In this document: in pieces, positions 1 to 9,464 of the stretch
Layout of the letters: every line of letters begins with the position of its first letter
Position numbering within the stretch: the first letter of the stretch is position 1
NCBI GenBank assembly: GCA_018221105.1
Contig: JAAOYA010000010.1
Coordinates: 62,001 to 126,000, forward strand
DNA: 64,000 nucleotides
Origin: Candidatus Woesearchaeota archaeon
GTDB taxonomy: Archaea; Nanobdellota; Nanobdellia; Woesearchaeales; JAAOYA01
Direction of reading: 5' to 3'
Notes under the pieces: model-generated
Told to the model about the DNA's origin: nothing
The model's input: only the letters and a program-made list of their open reading frames with translations
Database searches by the model: none
Made by a program: the position numbers and the translations under genes

Positions 1-26
1 AATTCTTCATAGTATTTTTTGCTCAT
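1..26 (-). CDS. 5' end of a gene running off the left edge (MSKKYYEE...)
   Basis: ATG at 26 on the minus strand, open to the edge, divergent from the PHP gene with AT-rich TATA-like tracts between them. Confidence 0.4.
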
Positions 27-93
27 ATGAGTATTTAATAAAAGGTGTTTATAAAAAGATTATTAAAACAGTAGTTACTACCACTAATTTAAT

Positions 94-816
94 ATGAAAC
101 ATTACGACTTGCACATTCACACACATTATTCTAAATGTTCTAACTTAAAACCTAAAACAATCCTAAAAGTGTCCAAGCGTAGAGGCCTTGACGGCATCGC
201 CATCACTGATCATGGCACGATACAAGGAGCATTAGAGGTTAAAAAACTTAACAAGGACAAGAATTTTGAAGTTATTGTTGGTCAGGAAATAATGACTGAT
301 TATGGCGAGATAATGGGCTTGTACTTAAAAAAACCTGTTATAACAGCTGATTTAAAGGAAGCTGTAGTGCAAATCAAGCGCCAAGGTGGTTTAGTTGTCA
401 TTCCACACCCTGTGACTATTACTCGTAGTACTTGGAGTTTTCGCTATCCTGTAGAAAAACTCAAAGACTGGCTTGACGCTATAGAAGGACTCAATGGGCG
501 CGAAGTAACATTGATTGGCAATCACTTAGCAAAACTTAAGGCCAAAAAGAACACTATTGCAATAATTGCAGGCAGTGACGCACATTTTAGTTTAGAGATT
601 GGTAATTGTCAAACACTTTTTGAAGGCGATAACCTAAAAAACGCTATTCGAAATCATCAAACAAGTATATATTGGAAACACCCTCCTATTAGTTGGTTTA
701 TTGGAGGTTGGGCATCATTTTTTAGTGCTCTAAGAAAAAGACTAGTAAAACAAGAACCAAAACAAAAGAAAAAATTAGTAAAACAACAATCTCAAAAAAA
801 AATTCTTAAGAAGTGA
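94..816 (+). CDS. PHP-domain metal-dependent phosphoesterase
   Basis: DLHIHT, AITDH, PHP and GSDAH motifs. Confidence 0.9.
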   Translation: MKHYDLHIHTHYSKCSNLKPKTILKVSKRRGLDGIAITDHGTIQGALEVKKLNKDKNFEVIVGQEIMTDYGEIMGLYLKKPVITADLKEAVVQIKRQGGLVVIPHPVTITRSTWSFRYPVEKLKDWLDAIEGLNGREVTLIGNHLAKLKAKKNTIAIIAGSDAHFSLEIGNCQTLFEGDNLKNAIRNHQTSIYWKHPPISWFIGGWASFFSALRKRLVKQEPKQKKKLVKQQSQKKILKK

Positions 817-3535
817 CTCTCAAGTATAATTTTCTTATTTCTTCAAAAAATAGTAATGATAGTGAAGCTCCAAAAATCCAAGCCCACTCCATTAATGTTA
901 GTGGTACAGTGTGAAAAGCTTTTGATAAGGTTGGAACATGCACTAGTCCTATAGCAAGTCCTAAAGACATTAGTACTGCTCCTATCAACCATTTGTTGCT
1001 AAAAAGCCCTGCTTTGAAAACACTTGTTTTTGTTGTTCTAGAACTGAAACTGTTGACTAATTGAAAAATTATAAGTGATACTAATGCTATAGTTGTAGCT
1101 CGCATGTATAGTGGACTGTCAAGTGCTAGGTTCTCTCCAAATTTCCACCCGCCAGCCAGCAATGTTTTAGTAAACAAAAATAGTGTTCCAACAGTTATTA
1201 TAACCCCGATAAACAATAAGCGCTTTAGAAATTCTTTGTTCATTATCCTCTCTGACTTGTGGCGTGGTTTTCGCCCCATCACATCATCAGCCGCAGGGTC
1301 AACACCCAAGGCAAGCGATGGTAGCACGTCTGTTCCCAAGTCAACTGCTAGTATTTGAATAGCTAGTAGTGGCAGTGGAAAGCCCATGAAAATGCCAAAA
1401 AACACAACTAGCAATTCTCCAATATTAGATGAAAAAACATACAAGGTGAACTTTTTTAAGTTGTCATAAATGCGACGCCCTTCTTCTACTGCTCCAACAA
1501 TGCTTGCGAAACTATCATCTGCTAGTACCATGTTAGAACTTTCTTTTGCAACGTCAGTGCCAGTGACACCCATCGCAATTCCAATATCTGCTTTTTTTAG
1601 TGCTGGAGCGTCATTGACACCGTCACCTGTGACAGCCACTACTTCGCCTAGTGATTCGAAAAGCGTTACTATTCGTAGTTTGTGTTTTGGTGCTACGCGA
1701 GCAAAAATCACTTCTTCTTCTTTTAAGATTTTTTTTAGATGATCGTCGCCTAAGTGATCGAGCTCTTCGCCAGTGATTATTCTAGTGTCATAGTTTGCTA
1801 TGCCAACTTGGCGCGCTATTGCTTTTGCTGTAATGCCAAAGTCACCAGTGATTATTCTGATTTTAATGCCTGCTTTTTTGCACTGTGCTACTGCTTTTTT
1901 TACTTCTTCGCGAGGCGGGTCTATCATTGCAATAAGACCCATTAAAATCATGTCAGTTTGAGAGTTAGTGTATTTTTTGTCAGTTTCTTTGTAAGCTATA
2001 GCCAGAACTCTTAGTGCTTGTTCTGCCATTTCTTTGTTATGATTGATTATTTGTTTTCGAAGCTTGTTTGTTAGTTTTCGTGTTTTGCCATTTATGTTTA
2101 TGTGATGGCAGTGTTTTAGTACAACATCTACTGCGCCTTTAGTGTAAGCCATTATTTTATTATCGACTTGGTGTATTGTTGTCATGACTTTTTTTGTGCT
2201 ATCAAAAGGTATCTCGTGTAATCGAGGATAAGTTTTGTTTAGAACTTGCGGGTGTAATTTCATTTTTTGTGCTGCCACAAGTAATGCTCCTTCTGTCGGA
2301 TCCCCTAAAATATCCCATCCTTGCTTTTTAGCACTGGGTGTTGATAATGCTGCATCATTGCAAAGTGCTGCAATAGTTATCAAACTGTGATACTCGTCTA
2401 ATTCGTGCGGAGCTAGTGATTTTCCTTTGTACAAAAAATCTCCTGCAGGATCATAACCACTGCCTGTGACTTCTATTAGTTTATTATTAGCGTATAATTG
2501 TTTTACTGTCATCTCATTTTTTGTCAGTGTTCCTGTTTTGTCCGAGCAAATAACTGTTGTAGCACCAAGTGTCTCCACAGAAGATAATTTTCGTATGATA
2601 GCATTTTTTTTGGCCATTTTCTGAACTCCTATAGATAATGCTACTGTTACTGTTGTTGGCAAGCCCTCAGGTACTGCGGCAACTGCTAAGCTGATAGCGA
2701 ATAAGAATACTTGACTAAAAGCGCTCATAAAAGGCATTCCAAGTGCAAGTGCTTTTAGTGTTCCAGCAATCAAAACTATTATTGTTACTGCTGCTGTGGC
2801 TTTTGCTGTGATGCTGCCAACGTGTAACATCTCACGCTGCAATGGACTTAATTCTTTTTTTACGTCTTGGGTCAAACTAGCGATTTGTCCGAATTCTGTG
2901 TTCATGCCTGTTGTTACAACTAATGCTTTTGCGGTGCCGTGACTTACACTAGTGCCCATGAAAACCATGTTGTCACGATCTCCTACCTGCGTTGATAATT
3001 TGCTGATTGTTTTTACAAACTTTTTTTGTGGCAGGCTTTCACCTGTTAGTGCTGCTTCTTGTGTTCTAAACTCGTTAACCTCTATTAACCTAGCGTCTGC
3101 TGGAATTTTAGAGCCTTCATTCAGTATTATTATGTCCCCTGGTACTAATTGTTCTACTTTAATTTCTTGTTGTACGCCTTCACGAAGTACTACTGCTGTC
3201 GGAGTGATCATGTTTTTTAGTGCTTCAAGACTTTTTTCTGCTTTGTACTCTTGAAAAAAACCAATCAATGCGTTGAGAATTACTATTGCCATAATTACTG
3301 CTACGTCTGTGCCATCACCAAAAAAAAATGATAGAATTGCTGCAAGAACCAATATTAGCACTAGAATGTCTTTGAATTGTGTAAAAAGTATTTTAATTTT
3401 TGAAATCTTTTGAGTTTTTACTAGTTTGTTAGGACCGTACTTTTGTAATCTGTATCTGGCATCAGCTTTTGAGATGCCTTTGGCTGTGCTATTATACTCT
3501 TTTAATAATGTTTTTACCTCTTTTGTATGAAACAA
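806..3535 (-). CDS. P-type IIA cation (Ca2+)-transporting ATPase
   Basis: LTGES, PEGL, DKTGTLT, KGA, TGD and GDGVNDAPAL motifs; 10-TM layout. Confidence 0.95.
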   Translation of the reverse strand: MFHTKEVKTLLKEYNSTAKGISKADARYRLQKYGPNKLVKTQKISKIKILFTQFKDILVLILVLAAILSFFFGDGTDVAVIMAIVILNALIGFFQEYKAEKSLEALKNMITPTAVVLREGVQQEIKVEQLVPGDIIILNEGSKIPADARLIEVNEFRTQEAALTGESLPQKKFVKTISKLSTQVGDRDNMVFMGTSVSHGTAKALVVTTGMNTEFGQIASLTQDVKKELSPLQREMLHVGSITAKATAAVTIIVLIAGTLKALALGMPFMSAFSQVFLFAISLAVAAVPEGLPTTVTVALSIGVQKMAKKNAIIRKLSSVETLGATTVICSDKTGTLTKNEMTVKQLYANNKLIEVTGSGYDPAGDFLYKGKSLAPHELDEYHSLITIAALCNDAALSTPSAKKQGWDILGDPTEGALLVAAQKMKLHPQVLNKTYPRLHEIPFDSTKKVMTTIHQVDNKIMAYTKGAVDVVLKHCHHININGKTRKLTNKLRKQIINHNKEMAEQALRVLAIAYKETDKKYTNSQTDMILMGLIAMIDPPREEVKKAVAQCKKAGIKIRIITGDFGITAKAIARQVGIANYDTRIITGEELDHLGDDHLKKILKEEEVIFARVAPKHKLRIVTLFESLGEVVAVTGDGVNDAPALKKADIGIAMGVTGTDVAKESSNMVLADDSFASIVGAVEEGRRIYDNLKKFTLYVFSSNIGELLVVFFGIFMGFPLPLLAIQILAVDLGTDVLPSLALGVDPAADDVMGRKPRHKSERIMNKEFLKRLLFIGVIITVGTLFLFTKTLLAGGWKFGENLALDSPLYMRATTIALVSLIIFQLVNSFSSRTTKTSVFKAGLFSNKWLIGAVLMSLGLAIGLVHVPTLSKAFHTVPLTLMEWAWIFGASLSLLFFEEIRKLYLRVTS

Positions 3536-3644
3536 CTTGCTCCCTTTATTATTGATTTGCTAAAGTTCTTTATTAATTTTGTTGCAAAAAACTTAAAAAC
3601 AATTAAATTATTGCCACAAACAGTTAATTAATGGAGGGATTTTA

Positions 3645-4229
3645 ATGAATGAAACAATAAAAAATTTGACTAAAGCTTTTATTGGTGAGAGCCAAGCTCG
3701 AAACCGTTATACAATGTACGCTAAAGTTGCACAGAAAGAAGGTTATGAACAATTAAGCGAGCTTTTTTTGTTGACTGCTGACAATGAACGCGAACACGCA
3801 AAATGGTTATTTAAGCTTATTCAAGAATTAAAGGCTAAAGCTGGAGAAGCAATTGAAGAAATTACTGTTGAGGCTGGGGCTCCAACAATTTTAGGTACTA
3901 CACAAGAGAATCTTAAAGCAGCTATTGCTGGCGAGAATTATGAAAACACTGAGATGTATCCTGAATTTGCAAAAGTAGCAGAAAGTGAAGGTTTCACAGA
4001 TATTGCTAAAAGACTTCGAAGTATTGGTGCTGCTGAAAAACATCATGAACAGCGCTACATTGCACTTTTAGAACAAGTGCAAAATGGTACAATGTTCAAA
4101 AAAAGTGCGGCTGTAACTTGGGTTTGTAGAAAGTGCGGTTTTACTAGCAATTCACTAACACCACCAGACAAGTGTCCAAGTTGTGATCACGAAAGCAAAT
4201 ACTTTGAAATAAAGTGTGAAACTTACTAA
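3645..4229 (+). CDS. rbr: rubrerythrin
   Basis: [12 protein letters not shown], ExxH di-iron motifs, C-terminal CxxC..CxxC rubredoxin domain. Confidence 0.95.
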   Translation: MNETIKNLTKAFIGESQARNRYTMYAKVAQKEGYEQLSELFLLTADNEREHAKWLFKLIQELKAKAGEAIEEITVEAGAPTILGTTQENLKAAIAGENYENTEMYPEFAKVAESEGFTDIAKRLRSIGAAEKHHEQRYIALLEQVQNGTMFKKSAAVTWVCRKCGFTSNSLTPPDKCPSCDHESKYFEIKCETY

Positions 4230-4246
4230 ACTCTTTTTTTATTTTT

Positions 4247-4873
4247 ATGAAAAAAATTGTTTCATTTGTTAATAGTCTAAAAAAGGGCTCTTGTAAAAAA
4301 ATTATTGATACGCGAATTAAAGAGTTTGAAAAACTTGGAAAGCAAAACAATAATGAATTGTTTAAAGAATTATGTTTTTGTATTTTAACAGCGAATTTTC
4401 AAGCACAAAAATCAATATTTATACAAGAACAAATCGATGATGGTTTTATTACATTAAGTGAAAGTCAACTTGCAAAAAAATTATGCTCTTTAGGTTATCG
4501 ATTCTACAATGTTAGAGCAAAGTATATTGTACAAGCTCGAAAGCACTTGCCAGCACTTAAAAAAACAATCAATAGTTTTGATGACGAATTAAAGCTTCGC
4601 GAGTGGATTGTATACAATGTTAAAGGACTTGGAATGAAAGAAAGTAGTCATTTTTTGCGCAATATAGGTTTTAAGAACCTAGCGATTTTGGACTTTCACA
4701 TTATTGACTTTTTAGTAAGTCATAAGTTAGTTGACAAGCCTAAAATTCTAAATAAGCAAAAGTATTTAGAGATTGAAAAATTATTGTTAGGTATTGCCAC
4801 TAAAACAAAATTGAGTTTAGCAGAGCTTGACTTGTACTTGTGGCATGAACAAACTGGCAAGGTATTAAAATGA
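4247..4873 (+). CDS. ogg: 8-oxoguanine DNA glycosylase/AP lyase (Ogg2 type)
   Basis: ELCFCILTAN, HhH VKGLGMKESSHFLRN, AILDFHI, LDLYLW. Confidence 0.92.
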   Translation: MKKIVSFVNSLKKGSCKKIIDTRIKEFEKLGKQNNNELFKELCFCILTANFQAQKSIFIQEQIDDGFITLSESQLAKKLCSLGYRFYNVRAKYIVQARKHLPALKKTINSFDDELKLREWIVYNVKGLGMKESSHFLRNIGFKNLAILDFHIIDFLVSHKLVDKPKILNKQKYLEIEKLLLGIATKTKLSLAELDLYLWHEQTGKVLK

Positions 4874-5544
4874 ATTATGTAGAAACAGCTTTTAAGCAAT
4901 TGTATCCTAATAAAATTTTTCATTATGACGCTCACATAGTTTACTCTGGACAATTCAAAGACTATGGTGCCAATATAACATTGTATAATAAGCAGCTTAC
5001 TATTAAGCTTAGCAAGAGTTGGTATGGAGTTCAAGAAGATATTGTTATCGGTTGCATTCAAGAATTATTGCAAAAGCTTTTCAAAACAAAGCATAAAACT
5101 TTAGAGATTGACTTGTACAATAATTTTATTAGAAGCTTACACTTAGTGGTAAAAAAGGATAAGGTTGACCCTACGCTTGAGCGATCGTTTAATCGTATTA
5201 ATGAAAAATATTTTTTTGACTTGCAAGATAGGCCAAACCTTGTTTTTGGCAGTGAAAGTTTGACGCTTTTGGGTTATTACGAGTACAAAACAGACACTGT
5301 AACAATTAGTAAAGTATTAATTGATGATTTAGAACTAGTAGACTTTGTAATGTATCACGAACTTTTGCACAAGAAATTGAAGTATTATACTAGTGGTTCG
5401 AAAACATTTCATCACACTAAAGAGTTCAAAGCTAAAGAGCGAGAATTCGAAAATTTTGAATTAGTTGAGAATCGTTTGAAGGAATTTCTCAAAAACAAAA
5501 AACGCTCTAAGAAAGGCTTATTTTCAAGAATACTTCCTTATTAG
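4870..5544 (+). CDS. SprT/YgjP(DUF45)-like zinc metalloprotein
   Basis: FVMYHELLH (HExxH) and downstream HHTKEF. Confidence 0.75.
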   Translation: MNYVETAFKQLYPNKIFHYDAHIVYSGQFKDYGANITLYNKQLTIKLSKSWYGVQEDIVIGCIQELLQKLFKTKHKTLEIDLYNNFIRSLHLVVKKDKVDPTLERSFNRINEKYFFDLQDRPNLVFGSESLTLLGYYEYKTDTVTISKVLIDDLELVDFVMYHELLHKKLKYYTSGSKTFHHTKEFKAKEREFENFELVENRLKEFLKNKKRSKKGLFSRILPY

Positions 5545-5626
5545 AACTTTTAGGGCCTAAAAAAGCTTTTTTTGGGTAAGATTTTTAAATAAAACACTGT
5601 TTTTAGCTTAAACAAAGGGTGATAAC

Positions 5627-5836
5627 ATGGCTAAAAGATTAATTCCTCTCGCTGCTATGGAAGCAATACTAAAAAATGCTGGAGCTGCCAGAGTTGGCGA
5701 TGACGCCAAAGGTCAACTTAAAAACATTCTAGAAACTATCGCAGAAGACGTTGCAACTAATGCTGTAAAAATAGCAAAGCATGCTGGCAGAAAAACTGTC
5801 AAGGCAAGCGATATAAAGATAGCATCAAAATACTAA
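5627..5836 (+). CDS. archaeal histone (HMf family)
   Basis: IPLAAM..ILK.AGA.RV, AKHAGRKTVKASDI histone-fold motifs. Confidence 0.95.
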   Translation: MAKRLIPLAAMEAILKNAGAARVGDDAKGQLKNILETIAEDVATNAVKIAKHAGRKTVKASDIKIASKY

Positions 5837-5873
5837 ACTTTTATAAATATCTGCTAATTTCAATTAATTTAAC

Positions 5874-6266
5874 ATGGGAAAAAAACTTACTTCGGCAAAC
5901 TCAATGAAAAAAGGCAGTTACATCATAATAGATGATGTTGCATGTGTTGTTAGTGATGTTACAACTTCAAAACCTGGAAAGCACGGTTCTACAAAAGCAA
6001 GAATTAGCGCCTCAGGACTTTTTGATAATAGAAAAAGAGTTATTGTAATGCCAACAAGCGACAGTGTCGAAGTACCGATCGTTGATAAGAGAACAGCACA
6101 AGTATTAAGCGTTTCAGCAAACACTGCAAACGTTATGGACTCTGAAACTTATGAAACCTTTGATTTGACAATTTCAGAAGAATTCGCAGGACAAGTCAAT
6201 GATGGCGGTCACATATTATACTGGGTAGTTCTTGGAGAAAAAGTCATAAAACAAGTAAAGGATTGA
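5874..6266 (+). CDS. eif5a: translation factor aIF-5A
   Basis: SKPGKHGS hypusine loop. Confidence 0.95.
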   Translation: MGKKLTSANSMKKGSYIIIDDVACVVSDVTTSKPGKHGSTKARISASGLFDNRKRVIVMPTSDSVEVPIVDKRTAQVLSVSANTANVMDSETYETFDLTISEEFAGQVNDGGHILYWVVLGEKVIKQVKD

Positions 6267-6271
6267 TTAAC

Positions 6272-6433
6272 ATGGTAAAATTTGAAGAAGCTAACACTCG
6301 ATTGTTCAAAAACATTTACGTTTGCAGAAAGTGCAAATCTAAAATTCGCGCTCACAGCATGAAAGTAATTCGCGGTCAAGCGGTATGTCGCAAGTGCGCT
6401 TCAAAAGCATTGCGGCCTAAAAAGAAAAAATGA
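6272..6433 (+). CDS. rpl40e: 50S ribosomal protein L40e (53 aa, absent from the ORF track)
   Basis: Manual translation MVKFEEANTRLFKNIYVCRKCKSKIRAHSMKVIRGQAVCRKCASKALRPKKKK; CRKC..CRKC..LRPK pattern; ATGA overlap with next gene. Confidence 0.9.
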   Translation: MVKFEEANTRLFKNIYVCRKCKSKIRAHSMKVIRGQAVCRKCASKALRPKKKK

Positions 6434-7608
6434 GTGAGTCGCTCTTTGTAATAATTTTTTTAATATTTCTTGGTTATTTATTATTTGTTAATCGTAAAAA
6501 ATTAGAATTGTTAAAACCTATTTTTCCATTATTATATGTTGTTTTATGGCGTACAAAAGCAGGACTTAAAGCAATGGATTTTTTGGCAAAAAAATATCCT
6601 AAAAGTGTCAGATTTTTTGGTTACACTTCAATGGTCATTGGTATTTTAGCAATACCTTTTATGGCCTATCTTTTGATTAAAAGTTTGATTGTTAGTTTTT
6701 TAATGCCTGCTGCTCCTGCTGGAGTGCAGCTTGTTTTGCCAATTAAAAGCTCTAAAGTTTTTTACGTACCATTTTTTTATTGGATTATAAGCATTTTTAG
6801 TCTGGCTATAATTCACGAGTTCGCTCACGGTGTTGTTGCTCGCGCGCACGGCATTAAAGTAAAAAGCAGTGGGTTTGCAGTTTTCGCAATTTTAATACCT
6901 ATTATCCCTGCAGCTTTTGTTGAACCTGACGAAAAACAGGTTCTTAAAAAAAAGCCTGCAGCGCAACTTTCAATGTTTGCAGCTGGGCCTGCAGCTAATA
7001 TTTTTGCTGCTTTTTTAATACTGTTTTTTTCAGCTTATATTTTTTTCCCTTGGGCTGGCGGCATGTTTGAGCCTGACGGTTTGACTATAGCGCAAGTGCT
7101 TGATAATGAATCGTATCCTGCATTCAAAGCAGGTATTAGTCAAGGTGAAGTTTTAAAACAGATTGATAATAACATTATTTTATCTCGTGAGAATTTCACT
7201 AGTGTTTTGTTATCCTATAAGCCAGGCGATAACATAGTGTTAACAACTGATCAGGATAGTTATAATATTACTTTAGTCGAGCGCCCTGAAGATTCAACAC
7301 TGCCCTATGTTGGTGTGATGCTAGAACAATCAACCAAAATAAGTGCTAGTGCTAGTCAACGTTACGGAGTATTTTTTCCAAGTGTACTGTTGTGGCTTAG
7401 TGGACTGGTACAATGGATGATTATACTGAACTTGGGAATTGGCTTGTTTAATTTAGTGCCATTAGGCCCTATTGATGGTGGCAGGATGACTTTGACAATT
7501 CTTAAAAAATATTTTAGTGATGATTTAGCTATGAGAATTTTCAAATATATTAGCATGTTTTTCTTAGCTTTACTACTAGTATTGTTACTTAAGCCAATGC
7601 TGGGATAA
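6430..7608 (+). CDS. site-2 protease (M50) with PDZ domain
   Basis: HEFAHG, AFVEPD, AGPAAN, FNLVPLGPIDGG. Confidence 0.93.
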   Translation: MSESLFVIIFLIFLGYLLFVNRKKLELLKPIFPLLYVVLWRTKAGLKAMDFLAKKYPKSVRFFGYTSMVIGILAIPFMAYLLIKSLIVSFLMPAAPAGVQLVLPIKSSKVFYVPFFYWIISIFSLAIIHEFAHGVVARAHGIKVKSSGFAVFAILIPIIPAAFVEPDEKQVLKKKPAAQLSMFAAGPAANIFAAFLILFFSAYIFFPWAGGMFEPDGLTIAQVLDNESYPAFKAGISQGEVLKQIDNNIILSRENFTSVLLSYKPGDNIVLTTDQDSYNITLVERPEDSTLPYVGVMLEQSTKISASASQRYGVFFPSVLLWLSGLVQWMIILNLGIGLFNLVPLGPIDGGRMTLTILKKYFSDDLAMRIFKYISMFFLALLLVLLLKPMLG

Positions 7609-7639
7609 GTTTAAATAAAAAAACTTGATTCTTTTTTGT

Positions 7640-8326
7640 ATGGTAACTGTTATTTTAGTGCGCGCGCAAAACAGTGGCAATATTGGAGCTGTAGCGCGTG
7701 CAATGGCTAACTTTGATTATGACAAATTGTTATTAATTAATCCTAAAGCTAGCCACTTGTCAGAAGAAGCTTTCAAAAGAGCAAAACATGGCAAAAAAAT
7801 CTTGAAAAAAGCCAAAGTAGTCAAAGCTAAAGCGTTGAACAAGTTTTCTGTGCTTGTTGGTACCACTGGCAAAGTTGGAACAGATTATAATATTCGACGC
7901 ACGCCACTATCACCACGAATTGTTGTTAATCGTTTGAGGGGCAAAAAAAACATTGCCTTGCTCGTTGGTGGCGAGGATTCTGGTTTGACTAGTGAAGAAT
8001 TAGGAGAGTGCAATATGGTAGTTAGTATTCCAGCTAGCAAAAAATATCCAGTGTTAAACATTAGTCATGCTTTGACGATTATAGTGTATGAGTTTTCACA
8101 AGTTAAGAATTTGAAAAGCCAGTACAAAACTTACAAGCCAATCAGTAAAAAAGAATTAGACGTTCTACAATCAAGAATCAGCGATGTTCTAAATAGTATG
8201 AAGTTTACAACTAAGAACAAACGTGAGACTCAAAAAACAGTTTTCAAGCGTGTTTTTGGCAAGGCAATGCTTACAAAACGTGAAGCTTTTGCACTAATGG
8301 GATTTTTCAAAAAATTAAAGAAGTAA
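7640..8326 (+). CDS. trmJ: SPOUT tRNA 2'-O-methyltransferase, TrmJ/LasT family
   Basis: GNIGAVARAMANF, GGEDSGL, YPVLNISHA; ATG 7640 preferred to TTG 7625. Confidence 0.85.
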   Translation: MVTVILVRAQNSGNIGAVARAMANFDYDKLLLINPKASHLSEEAFKRAKHGKKILKKAKVVKAKALNKFSVLVGTTGKVGTDYNIRRTPLSPRIVVNRLRGKKNIALLVGGEDSGLTSEELGECNMVVSIPASKKYPVLNISHALTIIVYEFSQVKNLKSQYKTYKPISKKELDVLQSRISDVLNSMKFTTKNKRETQKTVFKRVFGKAMLTKREAFALMGFFKKLKK

Positions 8327-8659
8327 TCATTTTTTCTTTTTTTTGTCTAAGTGTTCTTTTATTCTTTTGTTGGCTGTTGGTTTAGCGTTCGGTCCTAGTG
8401 TGTAAAAGGTTTTTTCTGCGTGAGGACCCCAACTGTAATCGCCTTTTTCTGTTTTTACTTCTTTGACTTTGAACTCTCCTAGGCTGACGCCTTTGTTTAA
8501 GTGATAATAGATTAGTCTCATGCTTACTGGCGCGAATAATTCTTGATAGATTTTGTTTAGTTGATAGCCGTAAGCGTGGCCTAAAAAGTATAATATTTCT
8601 ATTATGTTGTGTCGCACCATGCTGCCGGCTGGCCTGCCACGACCGATTTTTTTTGTCAT
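8327..8659 (-). CDS. winged-helix-like hypothetical protein
   Basis: GRP..S.VR, YGYQL, RLIYYHL.KG pattern resembles PadR-like wHTH. Confidence 0.55.
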   Translation of the reverse strand: MTKKIGRGRPAGSMVRHNIIEILYFLGHAYGYQLNKIYQELFAPVSMRLIYYHLNKGVSLGEFKVKEVKTEKGDYSWGPHAEKTFYTLGPNAKPTANKRIKEHLDKKKKK

Positions 8660-8714
8660 GAAACTTGATTTTAATGGTTTATTTTATATATTTTTGCATT
8701 ATTGAAAAGAAATA

Positions 8715-9464
8715 ATGTTATTAGTAGAATTGAATAAAGCAAACTTGCAATTGTCAATTGATGAATTTTTAGCTTTTACAAAAATACAAAAGTATGAATT
8801 GTTGGAGAATTTTTTGTTAGTTGACAACAATCTAAAGCTTGATGGTTTGGCTTTGACTAAAAAAGCTTACCAAGTTGTTGATAGGGGACGCTTGAAAAAA
8901 ATTGGTTCTAAAGAGTTTTTTGTCAGAGATTTTTGGACTAATACTGAACGTTTTGAGGATAGACGTTCTCACTTGCGCCCACAACCTCATCCTACGAGTT
9001 TGCATCCTCGCCTTGCAAGGGCTGTTGTTAATTTGGCGGGTGTTAAGGGATTGATTGCTGATCCTTTTTGCGGTGCTGCAGGATTGCTTTTGGAGGCTGG
9101 CCTTGCAGGCCACGAAGTCTACGGTATTGATAGTGATGTTATTCAAACTCGCCGAGCTAAAATTAACTTAGCGCATTACAATATCAAAGATTTTGAGATT
9201 GTTCACGGCAACGCACTAGATTTAAACAAGCAAGTTGCTGCGATTGTAACAGACGTGCCTTATGGCAGAAATACTAATGTTAAAGATTTGAAAGCGTTAA
9301 TCAAAGACTTCTTAGTTGTTGCTGCTAAAAACACTAAAGTGCTGGTTTTAATGCTGCCAAGCGACATAAAACTAGACTTTGATGACTGGAAAGTACAAGG
9401 AACTTATGAGTGGTACTTACACAAAAGCCTAACAAAAAAAATAGTAAGATTAGAAAAAAAATAG
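8715..9464 (+). CDS. Trm11/TrmG10-like tRNA methyltransferase
   Basis: SLHPRLARAVVNL, DPFCGAAG, TDVPYG. Confidence 0.85.
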   Translation: MLLVELNKANLQLSIDEFLAFTKIQKYELLENFLLVDNNLKLDGLALTKKAYQVVDRGRLKKIGSKEFFVRDFWTNTERFEDRRSHLRPQPHPTSLHPRLARAVVNLAGVKGLIADPFCGAAGLLLEAGLAGHEVYGIDSDVIQTRRAKINLAHYNIKDFEIVHGNALDLNKQVAAIVTDVPYGRNTNVKDLKALIKDFLVVAAKNTKVLVLMLPSDIKLDFDDWKVQGTYEWYLHKSLTKKIVRLEKK